A stretch of 64,000 bases of DNA from Anaerolineales bacterium UBA6092 (GTDB lineage Bacteria > Chloroflexota > Anaerolineae > Anaerolineales > UBA4823): NCBI GenBank assembly GCA_002428565.1, contig DIXA01000046.1:24678-88677 (forward strand), read 5' to 3'. Below, in pieces: positions 43,570-52,268 of the stretch. The notes under the pieces were generated by a model that was not told the origin of the DNA, made no database searches, and saw nothing but the letters and a program-made list of their open reading frames with translations. The translations under genes and the position numbers were made by a program. Numbering within the stretch: the stretch's first letter is position 1; every line of letters begins with the position of its first letter.

Positions 43570-44334
43570 ATGGACGCCATGCTGATCCCCACCGCCGAAC
43601 CCTTCTTCTTCCCTGGCAACCGCACCGGCTGCCTGCTCGTCCACGGCTTCACCGGCGCGCCCAAAGAAATGCGCTGGATGGGCGAATACCTGGCCCAAAA
43701 AGGATACACGGCCCTGGGCGTGCGCCTGGCTGGTCATGCCACCCGCCCCCAGGATATGCTGCGGGCACGCTGGACCGATTGGGTGGCCTCCGTGGAAGAC
43801 GGCTACCACCTGCTGCGCGGTGCAACCGACCAGGTCTTCGTCATTGGCCTCTCCATGGGCGGGGTGCTGGCTCTGATCCATGCGTCCCGCCATCCCGTCG
43901 CCGGGCTGGTCATCATGTCCACCCCCTACGCTCTGGCAGACGACTGGCGCCTGCCCTACATCCAATACCTGCACCGCATCCAACCCGCCCTGCAGAAAGG
44001 CCCACCCGACTGGCACAACCCCGCAGCCGCCCTGGACCACGTTGATTACCCCAACTACCCCACCCGCGCCATCGCCGAGCTGCGCGACCTGCTGGCCGAA
44101 TCCCGCAAGGCCATCCCCCAGGTGCACGCCCCGGCTTTGCTGGTGCATTCGCGTGGCGATGCGGGCGTTCTGCCCGAAAACATGGAAAAGATCTACGCCA
44201 ACCTGGGCAGCACCGACAAGCACATGCTGTGGGTGGAAGACAGCGGGCATGTCATCCCGCGCGAGCCTGAGCGAGAACGCGTCTTCCAGGCAGCCCACGA
44301 ATTCATTCAGCGCCTGACAAAGCCACAGCCTTGA
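43570..44334 (+). CDS. Alpha/beta hydrolase (carboxylesterase, Est/YvaK-like)
   Basis: 254 aa. Motifs: LLVHGFTGAPKEM and nucleophile elbow GLSMGG. C-terminal His region DSGHVI. Confidence 0.85.
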   Translation: MDAMLIPTAEPFFFPGNRTGCLLVHGFTGAPKEMRWMGEYLAQKGYTALGVRLAGHATRPQDMLRARWTDWVASVEDGYHLLRGATDQVFVIGLSMGGVLALIHASRHPVAGLVIMSTPYALADDWRLPYIQYLHRIQPALQKGPPDWHNPAAALDHVDYPNYPTRAIAELRDLLAESRKAIPQVHAPALLVHSRGDAGVLPENMEKIYANLGSTDKHMLWVEDSGHVIPREPERERVFQAAHEFIQRLTKPQP

Positions 44335-45482
44335 GCCGCGACCTGATCCTGCTGGCGCTGTCCATGATGGCCTGGGGCCTGGGCGAGGGCATGTTTTACG
44401 TTTTCCAGCCCCTCTACCTGGAAGAATTGGGCGCCAGCCCGCTGGTGATTGGCCGGATCTTAGGTGCGGTGGGCATCGCCATGACGGTCGCCCACATCCC
44501 GGCCGGCTTCCTGGCTGACCGCATCGGCCGCCGCCCGATGATGTGGCTGGCCTGGAGCATTGGCATGCTGGCCACCTGGGTGATGGCCTTGGCCCGCTCG
44601 CTGCCGGTTTTCGTGGCCGGAATGATCTTTTACGGGCTGACGGCCTTCGTCATGTCGCCGCTCAACTCCTACATCACCGAGGCCCGGGGAAAACTCAACG
44701 TGGGGCGGGCGATCACCCTCATCTCCGCCTTTTACAGCACCGGCGCCATCCTGGGCCCCTGGCTGGGCGGGCAGATCGGCAGCCGCATGGGCCTGCACAC
44801 GGTCTACCTGATCTCCGCCGCGATTTTCGTCATCTCCGTGCTGATCGTTCTGCTCATCCGGCCGCAGCCAATTGTTCAGCATGCCCAGTCCAGCCAGCCT
44901 GCCCGCTTTCCCCTCAACCGGGGCTACCTGGTCTTCACCGGCGTCGTGTTCCTGGCAATGTTTGCCACTTACCTGCCGCAGCCCCTCTCGCCAAACTTTT
45001 TGCAGAACGAGCGCAGCCTTTCCATTGAGCAGATTGGCGAGCTAGGCTCCATTAGCAGCCTCGGCATCGTTTTCCTGAACCTGACCCTGGGCAGCCTGAA
45101 TGCCCGCCTGGGATTCCTCGTCGGGCAGGCCTGCATGGCAGGCTACACCCTGGCCCTCTGGCAGGGTACCGGCATGGGCTGGTATTCCATGGGCTACTTC
45201 CTCATCGGCGGCTACCGCGTGGCGCGCTCCTTTGCCACCGCGCTGACGCGTGAGTTGGTGCCACCCGCCTGGATGGGGCTGGCTTACGGCATCACCGAGA
45301 CCGTCAACACCTCGGTGGTGATCTTCGCCCCGCCGCTGGCGGGCATGCTGTACCAGCAAAACCCACCCCTGATCTACATCACTGCCCTGGCCTTGATCGG
45401 CTTTTCTTTGCTCGTGTCGCTGCGTTTTGTACTGTCTCGGCGCACACGCCATATCGCGGAGCGAAATGATGGGCGCATTTAG
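44331..45482 (+). CDS. MFS transporter
   Basis: The TTG start overlaps the upstream TGA. 12-helix pattern with motif A-like GFLADRIGRRPMM. Confidence 0.8.
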   Translation: MSRDLILLALSMMAWGLGEGMFYVFQPLYLEELGASPLVIGRILGAVGIAMTVAHIPAGFLADRIGRRPMMWLAWSIGMLATWVMALARSLPVFVAGMIFYGLTAFVMSPLNSYITEARGKLNVGRAITLISAFYSTGAILGPWLGGQIGSRMGLHTVYLISAAIFVISVLIVLLIRPQPIVQHAQSSQPARFPLNRGYLVFTGVVFLAMFATYLPQPLSPNFLQNERSLSIEQIGELGSISSLGIVFLNLTLGSLNARLGFLVGQACMAGYTLALWQGTGMGWYSMGYFLIGGYRVARSFATALTRELVPPAWMGLAYGITETVNTSVVIFAPPLAGMLYQQNPPLIYITALALIGFSLLVSLRFVLSRRTRHIAERNDGRI

Positions 45483-45483
45483 C

Positions 45484-46308
45484 ATGGTAAATGAACTGTT
45501 TCAAACTGGGTGCTTTAATTCCAAAGAGGCTACCATTTCTTATGTTGTAGGCCCGTCAAACGACTTACCGCTGGTTCTCATCCACGGGATAGCATCGCGC
45601 TGGCAGCCGTTCGAACCGCTTCTGCCCCAGCTTGCCGAAAAGTATCATGTTTTTGCGCTAGATTTGCGCGGCCACGGGCGGTCAAGCCATACCCCCGGCG
45701 CATATCGTCTGGAAGATTACACGCGCGATGTTTATCAATTCGTAGCCCATCAGATCCAGACGCCCGCTGTGATTTACGGGCATTCTCTCGGCGCCCTGGT
45801 CGGGATCAGCCTTGCAGCGCAACAACCCCAATGGGTTCGCGCCTTGATCCTCGGCGACCCTCCGCTTTTCCATCACGACACCCTTACTCAAGACACTTTC
45901 TGGCAATCAGCCTTTATCGAGCTATTGGAGTTTAAAAACGCCCACCCTGACCCCATCGAGATGGATGCCTGGCTGGCCCAAAATTACCCCAGCATGTCTC
46001 CCGAACGGCGCGCAGAACGTGTGCACTCCTTGGGAACTCTAGATCCTGATGTATTGTGCGCGGTGATCTCGAATACACAGATGGAAGGCATCTCTCTATC
46101 TACCTTAGTTCCCCGCATCACCTGCCCGGTGCTTTTGCTGCGAGGAAACCCGAAACTTGGTTCAGCCCTTAGAGAGCAGGATGTGGATTTTGCAATCCGG
46201 CATTTTCCAAAAATCTCTGTTCTGGAGATGGAAACCGTCGGGCATGGAATTCTTCCTGCCTCACTGCTGCCACAAATGATGGTGTTTATCAACGCCGTTG
46301 AGGGTTGA
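45484..46308 (+). CDS. Alpha/beta hydrolase
   Basis: ATG 45484 lies directly after the upstream TAG. The track start 45427 overlaps the upstream gene by 56 nt. Motifs: LVLIHGIASRW and nucleophile elbow GHSLGA. C-terminal His in ETVGHGI. Visibly more AT-rich codon usage than its neighbours. Confidence 0.8.
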   Translation: MVNELFQTGCFNSKEATISYVVGPSNDLPLVLIHGIASRWQPFEPLLPQLAEKYHVFALDLRGHGRSSHTPGAYRLEDYTRDVYQFVAHQIQTPAVIYGHSLGALVGISLAAQQPQWVRALILGDPPLFHHDTLTQDTFWQSAFIELLEFKNAHPDPIEMDAWLAQNYPSMSPERRAERVHSLGTLDPDVLCAVISNTQMEGISLSTLVPRITCPVLLLRGNPKLGSALREQDVDFAIRHFPKISVLEMETVGHGILPASLLPQMMVFINAVEG

Positions 46309-46363
46309 TTACAACGGTATAATTGCATCGGCACGTCACTCTACCGCATAAGGAGCATTCCAC

Positions 46364-47353
46364 ATGGATACGATCTACGAAATCGGCACGCAAATCATCC
46401 TCTGGCTGCAAGGGCTGGGAAACTGGCTGATCAAGCCAATGGAACTCATCACCTTCCTGGGCAACGAGGAGTTCTACCTGCTGGTTGCCCCGGCCATCCT
46501 GTGGTGCGTGGATATGACCATCGGCCTGCGCACCGGCCTGTTCCTGATGATCAACGGCGGCCTGAATTCCGTGATCAAGCTCATCTTCCACACCCCCCGG
46601 CCCTACTGGTACGATACGAAAGTAGTCGGCATCACCCACGAAACCTCGTTCAGCTTCCCCTCCGGCCATGCCCAAAACAGTGCGGTGGTGTGGGGCTCGC
46701 TGGCGCATGGGCTGCGCCGCCGCTGGGCCTGGATCGTGGCAGTGGTGCTGATCTTGCTCATCGGCCTCTCGCGCAGCGTGTTGGGTGTGCACTTCCCTCA
46801 TGATGTGATCGGTGGCTGGCTGATCGGCATCCTGGTTTTATGGGCCATGCTGCGCCTGGAAAAACCCGTTCTGGCTTTTCTCAAACGGCAGTCCTTCACC
46901 GGGCAGATCATCGCTGTCTTTATTGCCTCGCTGACTTTGATCCTCCTGGGTGCCGCCGCTTCGCTGAGCATGACCCACTGGACCCTGCCCCAGGCCTGGA
47001 TCGCCAATGCCAATGCAGCCTTCCCCTACGAGCCGCTCATCGAACCGGCAGCCTTATCCGGCCTGGTCTCCAACGCGGGGGCCTTCTTTGGGCTGGCGCT
47101 GGGCGCGCTGTGGCTGGCGCGCCGCGGCAGCATGGAAACGCGCGGCAGCGCCGTTCAGTACCTGGCACGCTATCTGATCGGCATTGCCGGGGTCTTCTTG
47201 CTTTGGTACGGACTGGGGCTGATCTTTCCCCGCGGCGAGGCGCTGTTCCCCTACATTTTGCGCTACCTGCGCTACGGGCTGGTGGGCGTGTGGATCACCG
47301 CCCTGGCCCCGATGATCTTCATCCGCTTTGGTTTGGCCAAGAAGAAAGCCTAG
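46364..47353 (+). CDS. PAP2-family (type 2 phosphatidic acid / lipid phosphate) phosphatase, polytopic
   Basis: 329 aa. PAP2 motifs: KLIFHTPRP, SFPSGH, SRSVLGVHFPHDVIGG. Confidence 0.85.
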   Translation: MDTIYEIGTQIILWLQGLGNWLIKPMELITFLGNEEFYLLVAPAILWCVDMTIGLRTGLFLMINGGLNSVIKLIFHTPRPYWYDTKVVGITHETSFSFPSGHAQNSAVVWGSLAHGLRRRWAWIVAVVLILLIGLSRSVLGVHFPHDVIGGWLIGILVLWAMLRLEKPVLAFLKRQSFTGQIIAVFIASLTLILLGAAASLSMTHWTLPQAWIANANAAFPYEPLIEPAALSGLVSNAGAFFGLALGALWLARRGSMETRGSAVQYLARYLIGIAGVFLLWYGLGLIFPRGEALFPYILRYLRYGLVGVWITALAPMIFIRFGLAKKKA

Positions 47354-47361
47354 CCAGTGGC

Positions 47362-47407
47362 GGGAATCAAAAACGAGCGGCGTTTGCGCCGCTCGTTTTT
47401 GATTCCC
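47362..47407. terminator. Long perfect hairpin between convergent genes
   Basis: gggaatcaaaaacgagcggcg / tttg / cgccgctcgtttttgattccc: 21-bp perfect stem. It lies between the PAP2 stop (47351-47353) and the EF-G stop (47412-47414). Confidence 0.7.
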
Positions 47408-47411
47408 CAGG

Positions 47412-49481
47412 CTACTCTTCTTTCGAGGCCTGGAGTTCCTTCTGCCGCGCCGCCATCACATCCGCAGCAATGTGCGCCGGGACGACTTCGTAATGAGAGA
47501 AATCCATGGTGAACACACCGCGCCCACCGGTGATCGAGCGCAGGTCGGTGGTGTAGCGCTGCATTTCTGCCAGCGGCACCTGAGCCGTGACGATCGAGCG
47601 GCCTTTTTCGTTGTCCATGCCCTGCACGCGTGCGCGGCGAGTGTTCATATCGCCCAACACATCGCCCATGTTCGCCTCGGGCACCACAATGCGCACATTC
47701 ATGATCGGCTCGCGCAGCACCGGGCCGGCATCTTTGAATGCCAGCTTGAAGGCCTCGCGTCCGGCAATTTCAAAGGCCACCGGCTTCGAGTCAACCGGGT
47801 GTTCCTTGCCGTCGTACACCGAAACATGCACATTCAATACCGGGTAACCGGCAACTACGCCTTCCTTCATCACGCTGCGCACACCTTTATCAATCGCAGG
47901 CTGGTATGAGGAGGAGATCGCGCCGCCAAACACATCCCAGGTCAATTCATAATCGCCCTCGGTGTACGGCTCTACCCGCAAGAACACCTCGCCGAACTGG
48001 CCCGAACCGCCGGTCTGCTTCTTGTGGCGGTACTGAGCCTGTCCCTGCTTGGCAATGGTTTCCTGATAAGGCACCTTGGGGATCTCAATGTGCAGGCTGG
48101 TCTGGAACTTACCCTCTGCCTTACGCACAGCGACGTCAATGTGCTGATCGCCCATGCCCTGCAGAATGGTCTGGTTGGTGGTAGCTTCCTGCCGCCAGGA
48201 ATAGGTCATATCCTCTTCGCACAGGCGGGTCAGGGTGGGGCTGAGCTTGGCCGAATCGGCCTGGGTCTTGGGGGTGACCGCCACGCTGAACAGCGAGTGC
48301 GGGTACTGCGGCACCGGCAGGGTCAGCGGGTGGCCCTTCTCGCAGAAGGTGTCTGTGGTAGAGGTGGTGCTCAGTTTGGGCACCGAGGCAATATCGCCGG
48401 CATGCACCACCTTGACACTGAGCTGTTCCTTACCGCGCAGCACCGAAACCGTACCAAAGCGCTCTTCCGTGCTCTTGACCTGGTTCCAAACCCGCGAGTC
48501 AGAGCCCACCGTGCCCGAGTACACACGGAAATAAGTGATCTTGCCCACAAACGGGTCAGCAGTGGTTTTCCACACGTAGGCTGCCAGGGGGGCGTTGTCT
48601 GAGGCGGTCAGTTTTTCTTCGCCATCTTTGCCCTGGGCCACAATCTCGCGCTCTTTGGGCGAGGGCATCAGGCTGATCATAGCATCCAGCAGCGGGGCAA
48701 TGCCAATCTGCGCCGCGCCAGCGGCAACAAATACCGGCACGTAGGCGCCCGAGAGCACCACCTGCTTCAAGCCGCGCAGGATCTCCTCCGCGGTCAGCTC
48801 TCCGCTTTCCAGGTACTTCTCCAGCAGGGCATCTTCGCCTTCCGCAGCCGCCTCGATCAGCGCCATGCGCGCCGTCTCGACCTCGTCGGCAAACTCTGCC
48901 GGGATATCCTGAGCCTTATCGCCCACGCCCGCATACGCCTTCATGCTCAGCAGGTCCAGCACGCCCTTGAAGTCGGCTTTTTCGCCCCAGGGCAGCTGCA
49001 CCGGGATGAGGCGGTTCTCGCTGATAGCCTGCACCGACTCAAGCGCCTTGTGGAAATTGGCGTTTTCGCGGTTCATCTTATTGATCACCAACAAGCGCGG
49101 CAGGTGGAAGGTATCGCAGTACCCCATGGCGATTTCCGTGCCCACCTCTGCACCCGAAACGGCATCCACCAGCAGGATTGCGCTATCGGCCACACGCAGA
49201 GCCGAGATCACCTCGCCCACGAAATCGGTGTAACCGGGCGTATCCAGCAGGTTGATCTTATAGTTCTTATATTCCACCGGGATCACCGCCGTAGAAAGTG
49301 AAATCCTCCGGCGAATTTCTTCTTCTTCAAAATCGCCCACGGTAGTGCCATCCTCGATGTGGCCCAGGCGGGTGGTTGCACCCGAAAAATGCAGCAGGGC
49401 CTCTGCCAGCATGGTTTTTCCCGCGCTACTGTGCGAGACCAAAGCAATATTACGAATGAACTCGGTCGTATACTCTTTCAT
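47412..49481 (-). CDS. Elongation factor G paralog (EF-G2 / EFG-II type)
   Basis: 689 aa, full EF-G domain order. G1 SHSSAGKT, G3 DTPGYTDF, G4 NKMN. C terminus SIVTAQVPLAEMQRYTTDLRSITGGRGVFTMDFSHYEVVP. It is not in an rpsL-rpsG-fusA-tuf context. Confidence 0.9.
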   Translation of the reverse strand: MKEYTTEFIRNIALVSHSSAGKTMLAEALLHFSGATTRLGHIEDGTTVGDFEEEEIRRRISLSTAVIPVEYKNYKINLLDTPGYTDFVGEVISALRVADSAILLVDAVSGAEVGTEIAMGYCDTFHLPRLLVINKMNRENANFHKALESVQAISENRLIPVQLPWGEKADFKGVLDLLSMKAYAGVGDKAQDIPAEFADEVETARMALIEAAAEGEDALLEKYLESGELTAEEILRGLKQVVLSGAYVPVFVAAGAAQIGIAPLLDAMISLMPSPKEREIVAQGKDGEEKLTASDNAPLAAYVWKTTADPFVGKITYFRVYSGTVGSDSRVWNQVKSTEERFGTVSVLRGKEQLSVKVVHAGDIASVPKLSTTSTTDTFCEKGHPLTLPVPQYPHSLFSVAVTPKTQADSAKLSPTLTRLCEEDMTYSWRQEATTNQTILQGMGDQHIDVAVRKAEGKFQTSLHIEIPKVPYQETIAKQGQAQYRHKKQTGGSGQFGEVFLRVEPYTEGDYELTWDVFGGAISSSYQPAIDKGVRSVMKEGVVAGYPVLNVHVSVYDGKEHPVDSKPVAFEIAGREAFKLAFKDAGPVLREPIMNVRIVVPEANMGDVLGDMNTRRARVQGMDNEKGRSIVTAQVPLAEMQRYTTDLRSITGGRGVFTMDFSHYEVVPAHIAADVMAARQKELQASKEE

Positions 49482-49519
49482 CAGGAAGCCTTCCTCAGTT
49501 GATATTCACACGAACGCAT

Positions 49520-49548
49520 ATTGTACGTGAAGTCGCCTATCTTGTCAA
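49520..49548 (-). promoter_or_regulatory. Near-consensus sigma-70 promoter for the EF-G paralog
   Basis: The minus strand reads TTGACA (49548-49543), 17-nt spacer, TACAAT (49525-49520). SD gaggaagg lies upstream of ATG 49481. Confidence 0.6.
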
Positions 49549-49593
49549 AGTCTGTTTTCTTAGTTTTGCAAGATCGGTTAAAATCATCCTATT

Positions 49594-50142
49594 ATGAAAC
49601 CCATGCCCTTGTTCATCTCTGTCGTGGTCAGTGCGGTGCTGCAGTCCATCTACTCGATCGTGTCTGCCATCGGCCTGTACTTTGCCTACAGCCAGGATCT
49701 TGAATCAATCATCTCTAACCTGGAGCTTGGCACACCCACGCTGCTGCTGGCATCCACGTACCTGTTCTCCTGCCTGGGATTCTGCCTGGCGCCTCTGGTG
49801 CACGGCGGCACCGGCTTGCTCTATGCCTACCTGCATCAGCGGGGCAGACATCTGACGATGGAAGAGGGCGCCCTGGGTGGCGCGCTGGCCGCTGGCACGG
49901 CGCGCATCGTCGCCGGGTTGTTCAGCATGTTCGCCAGCACGCTGATCTCCTGGTTTGCCACGCGCGGCCTGTACGAGGCCACCACCCCCTCCATTCCAAC
50001 CAACATGGCCACGCTGAGCTTGTTGAGCAGTATTCTCTCCAGTCTGCCCGGACTGTGCTTTGGCATCATCATCGCCGCGGTGATGGGCGGGATCGGCGGG
50101 CTGCTTGGCGGCAGCACCTTCCACAGCCGCCATTCCGAATGA
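49594..50142 (+). CDS. Hypothetical membrane protein (about 4 helices)
   Basis: 182 aa, hydrophobic and Gly/Ala/Ser/Leu-rich. No family recognised. Its stop overlaps the downstream ATG (ATGA at 50139-50142). Confidence 0.5.
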   Translation: MKPMPLFISVVVSAVLQSIYSIVSAIGLYFAYSQDLESIISNLELGTPTLLLASTYLFSCLGFCLAPLVHGGTGLLYAYLHQRGRHLTMEEGALGGALAAGTARIVAGLFSMFASTLISWFATRGLYEATTPSIPTNMATLSLLSSILSSLPGLCFGIIIAAVMGGIGGLLGGSTFHSRHSE

Positions 50143-51089
50143 GATTGCTTTTCCTCTTCCTGGACGGCCTGGGCCTGGGAGCAGACGATGCGCAGGCCAA
50201 CCCGCTGGCGCAAGCGCAGATGCCGCACCTGCAAAGCCTGCTGCAAGGCCAGCGCCTGATCCACTCCAGCCGCCTGCCCATGGAGACGGAACGGGCCAGC
50301 CTGCTGGCCCTGGACGCCTGCCTGGGCGTGCCCGGCCTTCCCCAATCTGCCACGGGGCAGGCCGCCCTGCTCACCGGGCGCAACATCCCCGCCCTGCTCG
50401 GCATGCACGATGGTCCCAAACCCAACCCGCAAGTGAGCGCTTTTCTGCGCCAGGGCACCCTGTTCTCCTCCCTGCATGCCGCCGGGAAAACCGCCGCTCT
50501 GCTCAACGCCTTCCCGCCGGGCTACTTTTCCGCCCTGGATTCGGGGCGCCGACTGCCCGGCGCCATGGCTATGGCAGTCCGCCTGGCGGGCATCCCCCTC
50601 AAGACCCAGGCAGATCTGTTTGCCGGGCAGGCCATCTCAGCTGATTTTACCGCCCAGGGCTGGCGCGACCACCTGGGCATCTCTGCCACCCCCCTGCTGA
50701 CCCCGGCGCAAGCCGGGCAGCGGCTTGCCTCCCTGGCAAGCCAGCTTGATTTCGCCCTCTTTGAGTACTGGCCCTCGGATATTGCCGGTCACCACCAGGA
50801 TCTACCCGCCGCCATCAGCCTGCTGGAAACCTTTGACGGGGTGCTGGGCGGCCTGCTGGCTGCCTGGGACGACGCCAACGGCCTGATCCTGCTCACCTCT
50901 GACCACGGCAACCTGGAAGAGCTCAACACCCGCCGCCACACCACCAACCCGGTACCCCTGCTGCTGATCGGCGCGCCGGAAAAGCGGCGGGCTTTCCTAT
51001 CCCGTCTCCAGGATGGAAAGCCCGCCCAGTCGATGCCCGATCTGACCGGGGTTGCCCCGGCGATCCTGGCTGCATTCAATCTGGCTTAG
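50139..51089 (+). CDS. Alkaline-phosphatase-superfamily 'metalloenzyme' domain protein (cofactor-independent phosphoglycerate mutase / phosphopentomutase-like)
   Basis: In-frame ATG 50139. The track start 50055 overlaps the upstream gene. Motifs: LFLFLDGLGLG, PQSATGQAALLTG, LLTSDHGN. Confidence 0.7.
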   Translation: MRLLFLFLDGLGLGADDAQANPLAQAQMPHLQSLLQGQRLIHSSRLPMETERASLLALDACLGVPGLPQSATGQAALLTGRNIPALLGMHDGPKPNPQVSAFLRQGTLFSSLHAAGKTAALLNAFPPGYFSALDSGRRLPGAMAMAVRLAGIPLKTQADLFAGQAISADFTAQGWRDHLGISATPLLTPAQAGQRLASLASQLDFALFEYWPSDIAGHHQDLPAAISLLETFDGVLGGLLAAWDDANGLILLTSDHGNLEELNTRRHTTNPVPLLLIGAPEKRRAFLSRLQDGKPAQSMPDLTGVAPAILAAFNLA

Positions 51090-52264
51090 ATCAAGCCCAG
51101 CTCTTTCCCTACCTGCTCGAAAGTACCCAACACCCTCTCCAACTGCTCGTCGGTGTGGATCGCCATGTACGAGGTGCGCAGCAGCTGCCGCCCCTGCGGC
51201 ACAGCCGGGGAAATGACCATGTTCACATACACCCCCTGCTCAAATAGAGCCTTCCAGGCATAAGCCACTTTCATATCATCGCCGATAATGACCGGGATCA
51301 CCGGGGTAACCGAATTGCCGGTATTAAATCCCAACCGGGTGAAGCCTTCCCGCATGATTGCGCCGACTTCATTCACGCGCTGCACGCGCTGCGGCTCATC
51401 CCGCATTACTTCCAGCGCCGCCAGGGCTGCCGCGGCGTTGGAGGGAGGAATGCTGGCGCTGAAGATCAGCGAGCGGGCATGGTGCTTGATATAGTGGATC
51501 ACATCCTCGTCTCCGGCGATGAACCCGCCCAGCGAGGCCAACGATTTGCTGAAGGTGCCCATGATCAGATCCACCCCATCGGTCATGTTATGGTGAGCCG
51601 CGGTGCCACGCCCGCCGCCCAGCACGCCCAGGGCGTGGGCGTCATCCACCATCAGCCGCGCCCCGTATTTCTTGCACAATGGGATGATCTCGGGCAGCGG
51701 GGCAATATCGCCCTCCATGCTAAACAGCCCATCCACCACCACCAGCTTGCCCACCTCATCCGGCAGGTGTGAGAGCACCCGCTCCAGGTCTTTCATATCG
51801 TTGTGGCGGAAGCGCTTCACCTCGCCCCACCCCAGGCGCGCCCCGTCCACAATGCTGGCGTGGTCGTCCTTATCCAGGATCACCACATCTGACCGCCCCA
51901 CCAGCGCACTGACCGTGCCCAGGTTGACCTGCATGCCGGTGGAAAAAACCAGTGCGGCTTCCTTGCCCACCCATTTCGCCAGCTCATGCTCCAGCGTTTC
52001 GTGCAGTTCCAGCGTGCCGTTCAAAAAGCGCGAGCCCGTGCACGAGGTGCCGAAACGCTCGATCGCATCAATCGCCGCCTGGCGCACTTTGGGGTGCGTG
52101 GTCAAGCCCAGGTAGTTGTTCGAACCACACATGATCAGGCGCTTGCCCTGAAAAATGGCCTCGCTGCCTTCATTACCGCTCATGGCAATAAAATAAGGAT
52201 ACAGCCCTAACGCCATGATCTCTTTAGCGTAGGTAAAACTGCGACATTTCTCAAAAAGATCCAT
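51086..52264 (-). CDS. spt: Alpha-oxoamine synthase, serine palmitoyltransferase-like (PLP-dependent)
   Basis: Start taken at ATG 52264 (aaggag upstream, 4 nt after the upstream stop). The track start 52309 overlaps the upstream gene. Motifs: GSNNYLGL, TGSRFLNGT, RFRHND, VDDAHALG, PLP-lysine block GTFSKSLASLGGF, and C terminus GVYVNMVISPAVPQGRQLLRTSYMAIHT. These match bacterial SPT better than KBL or BioF as I remember them. Confidence 0.82.
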   Translation of the reverse strand: MDLFEKCRSFTYAKEIMALGLYPYFIAMSGNEGSEAIFQGKRLIMCGSNNYLGLTTHPKVRQAAIDAIERFGTSCTGSRFLNGTLELHETLEHELAKWVGKEAALVFSTGMQVNLGTVSALVGRSDVVILDKDDHASIVDGARLGWGEVKRFRHNDMKDLERVLSHLPDEVGKLVVVDGLFSMEGDIAPLPEIIPLCKKYGARLMVDDAHALGVLGGGRGTAAHHNMTDGVDLIMGTFSKSLASLGGFIAGDEDVIHYIKHHARSLIFSASIPPSNAAAALAALEVMRDEPQRVQRVNEVGAIMREGFTRLGFNTGNSVTPVIPVIIGDDMKVAYAWKALFEQGVYVNMVISPAVPQGRQLLRTSYMAIHTDEQLERVLGTFEQVGKELGLI

Positions 52265-52268
52265 TCGT

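Noticed and set aside
43069-44298. 409-aa minus-strand ORF spanning the M24 peptidase and esterase genes
   Set aside because: It crosses two independently well-supported plus-strand genes and the gap between them. No motifs.
51086-52264. Annotating the alpha-oxoamine synthase as BioF (biotin) or KBL (threonine degradation)
   Set aside because: No bioA/B/D or Zn-type tdh gene is adjacent. The PLP-lysine block TFSKS, SRFLNGT and RFRHN resemble SPT rather than BioF (TFGK) or KBL (TLGKA). The partner SDR is KDSR-like. These alternatives are kept as explicit refutation tests in the finding.
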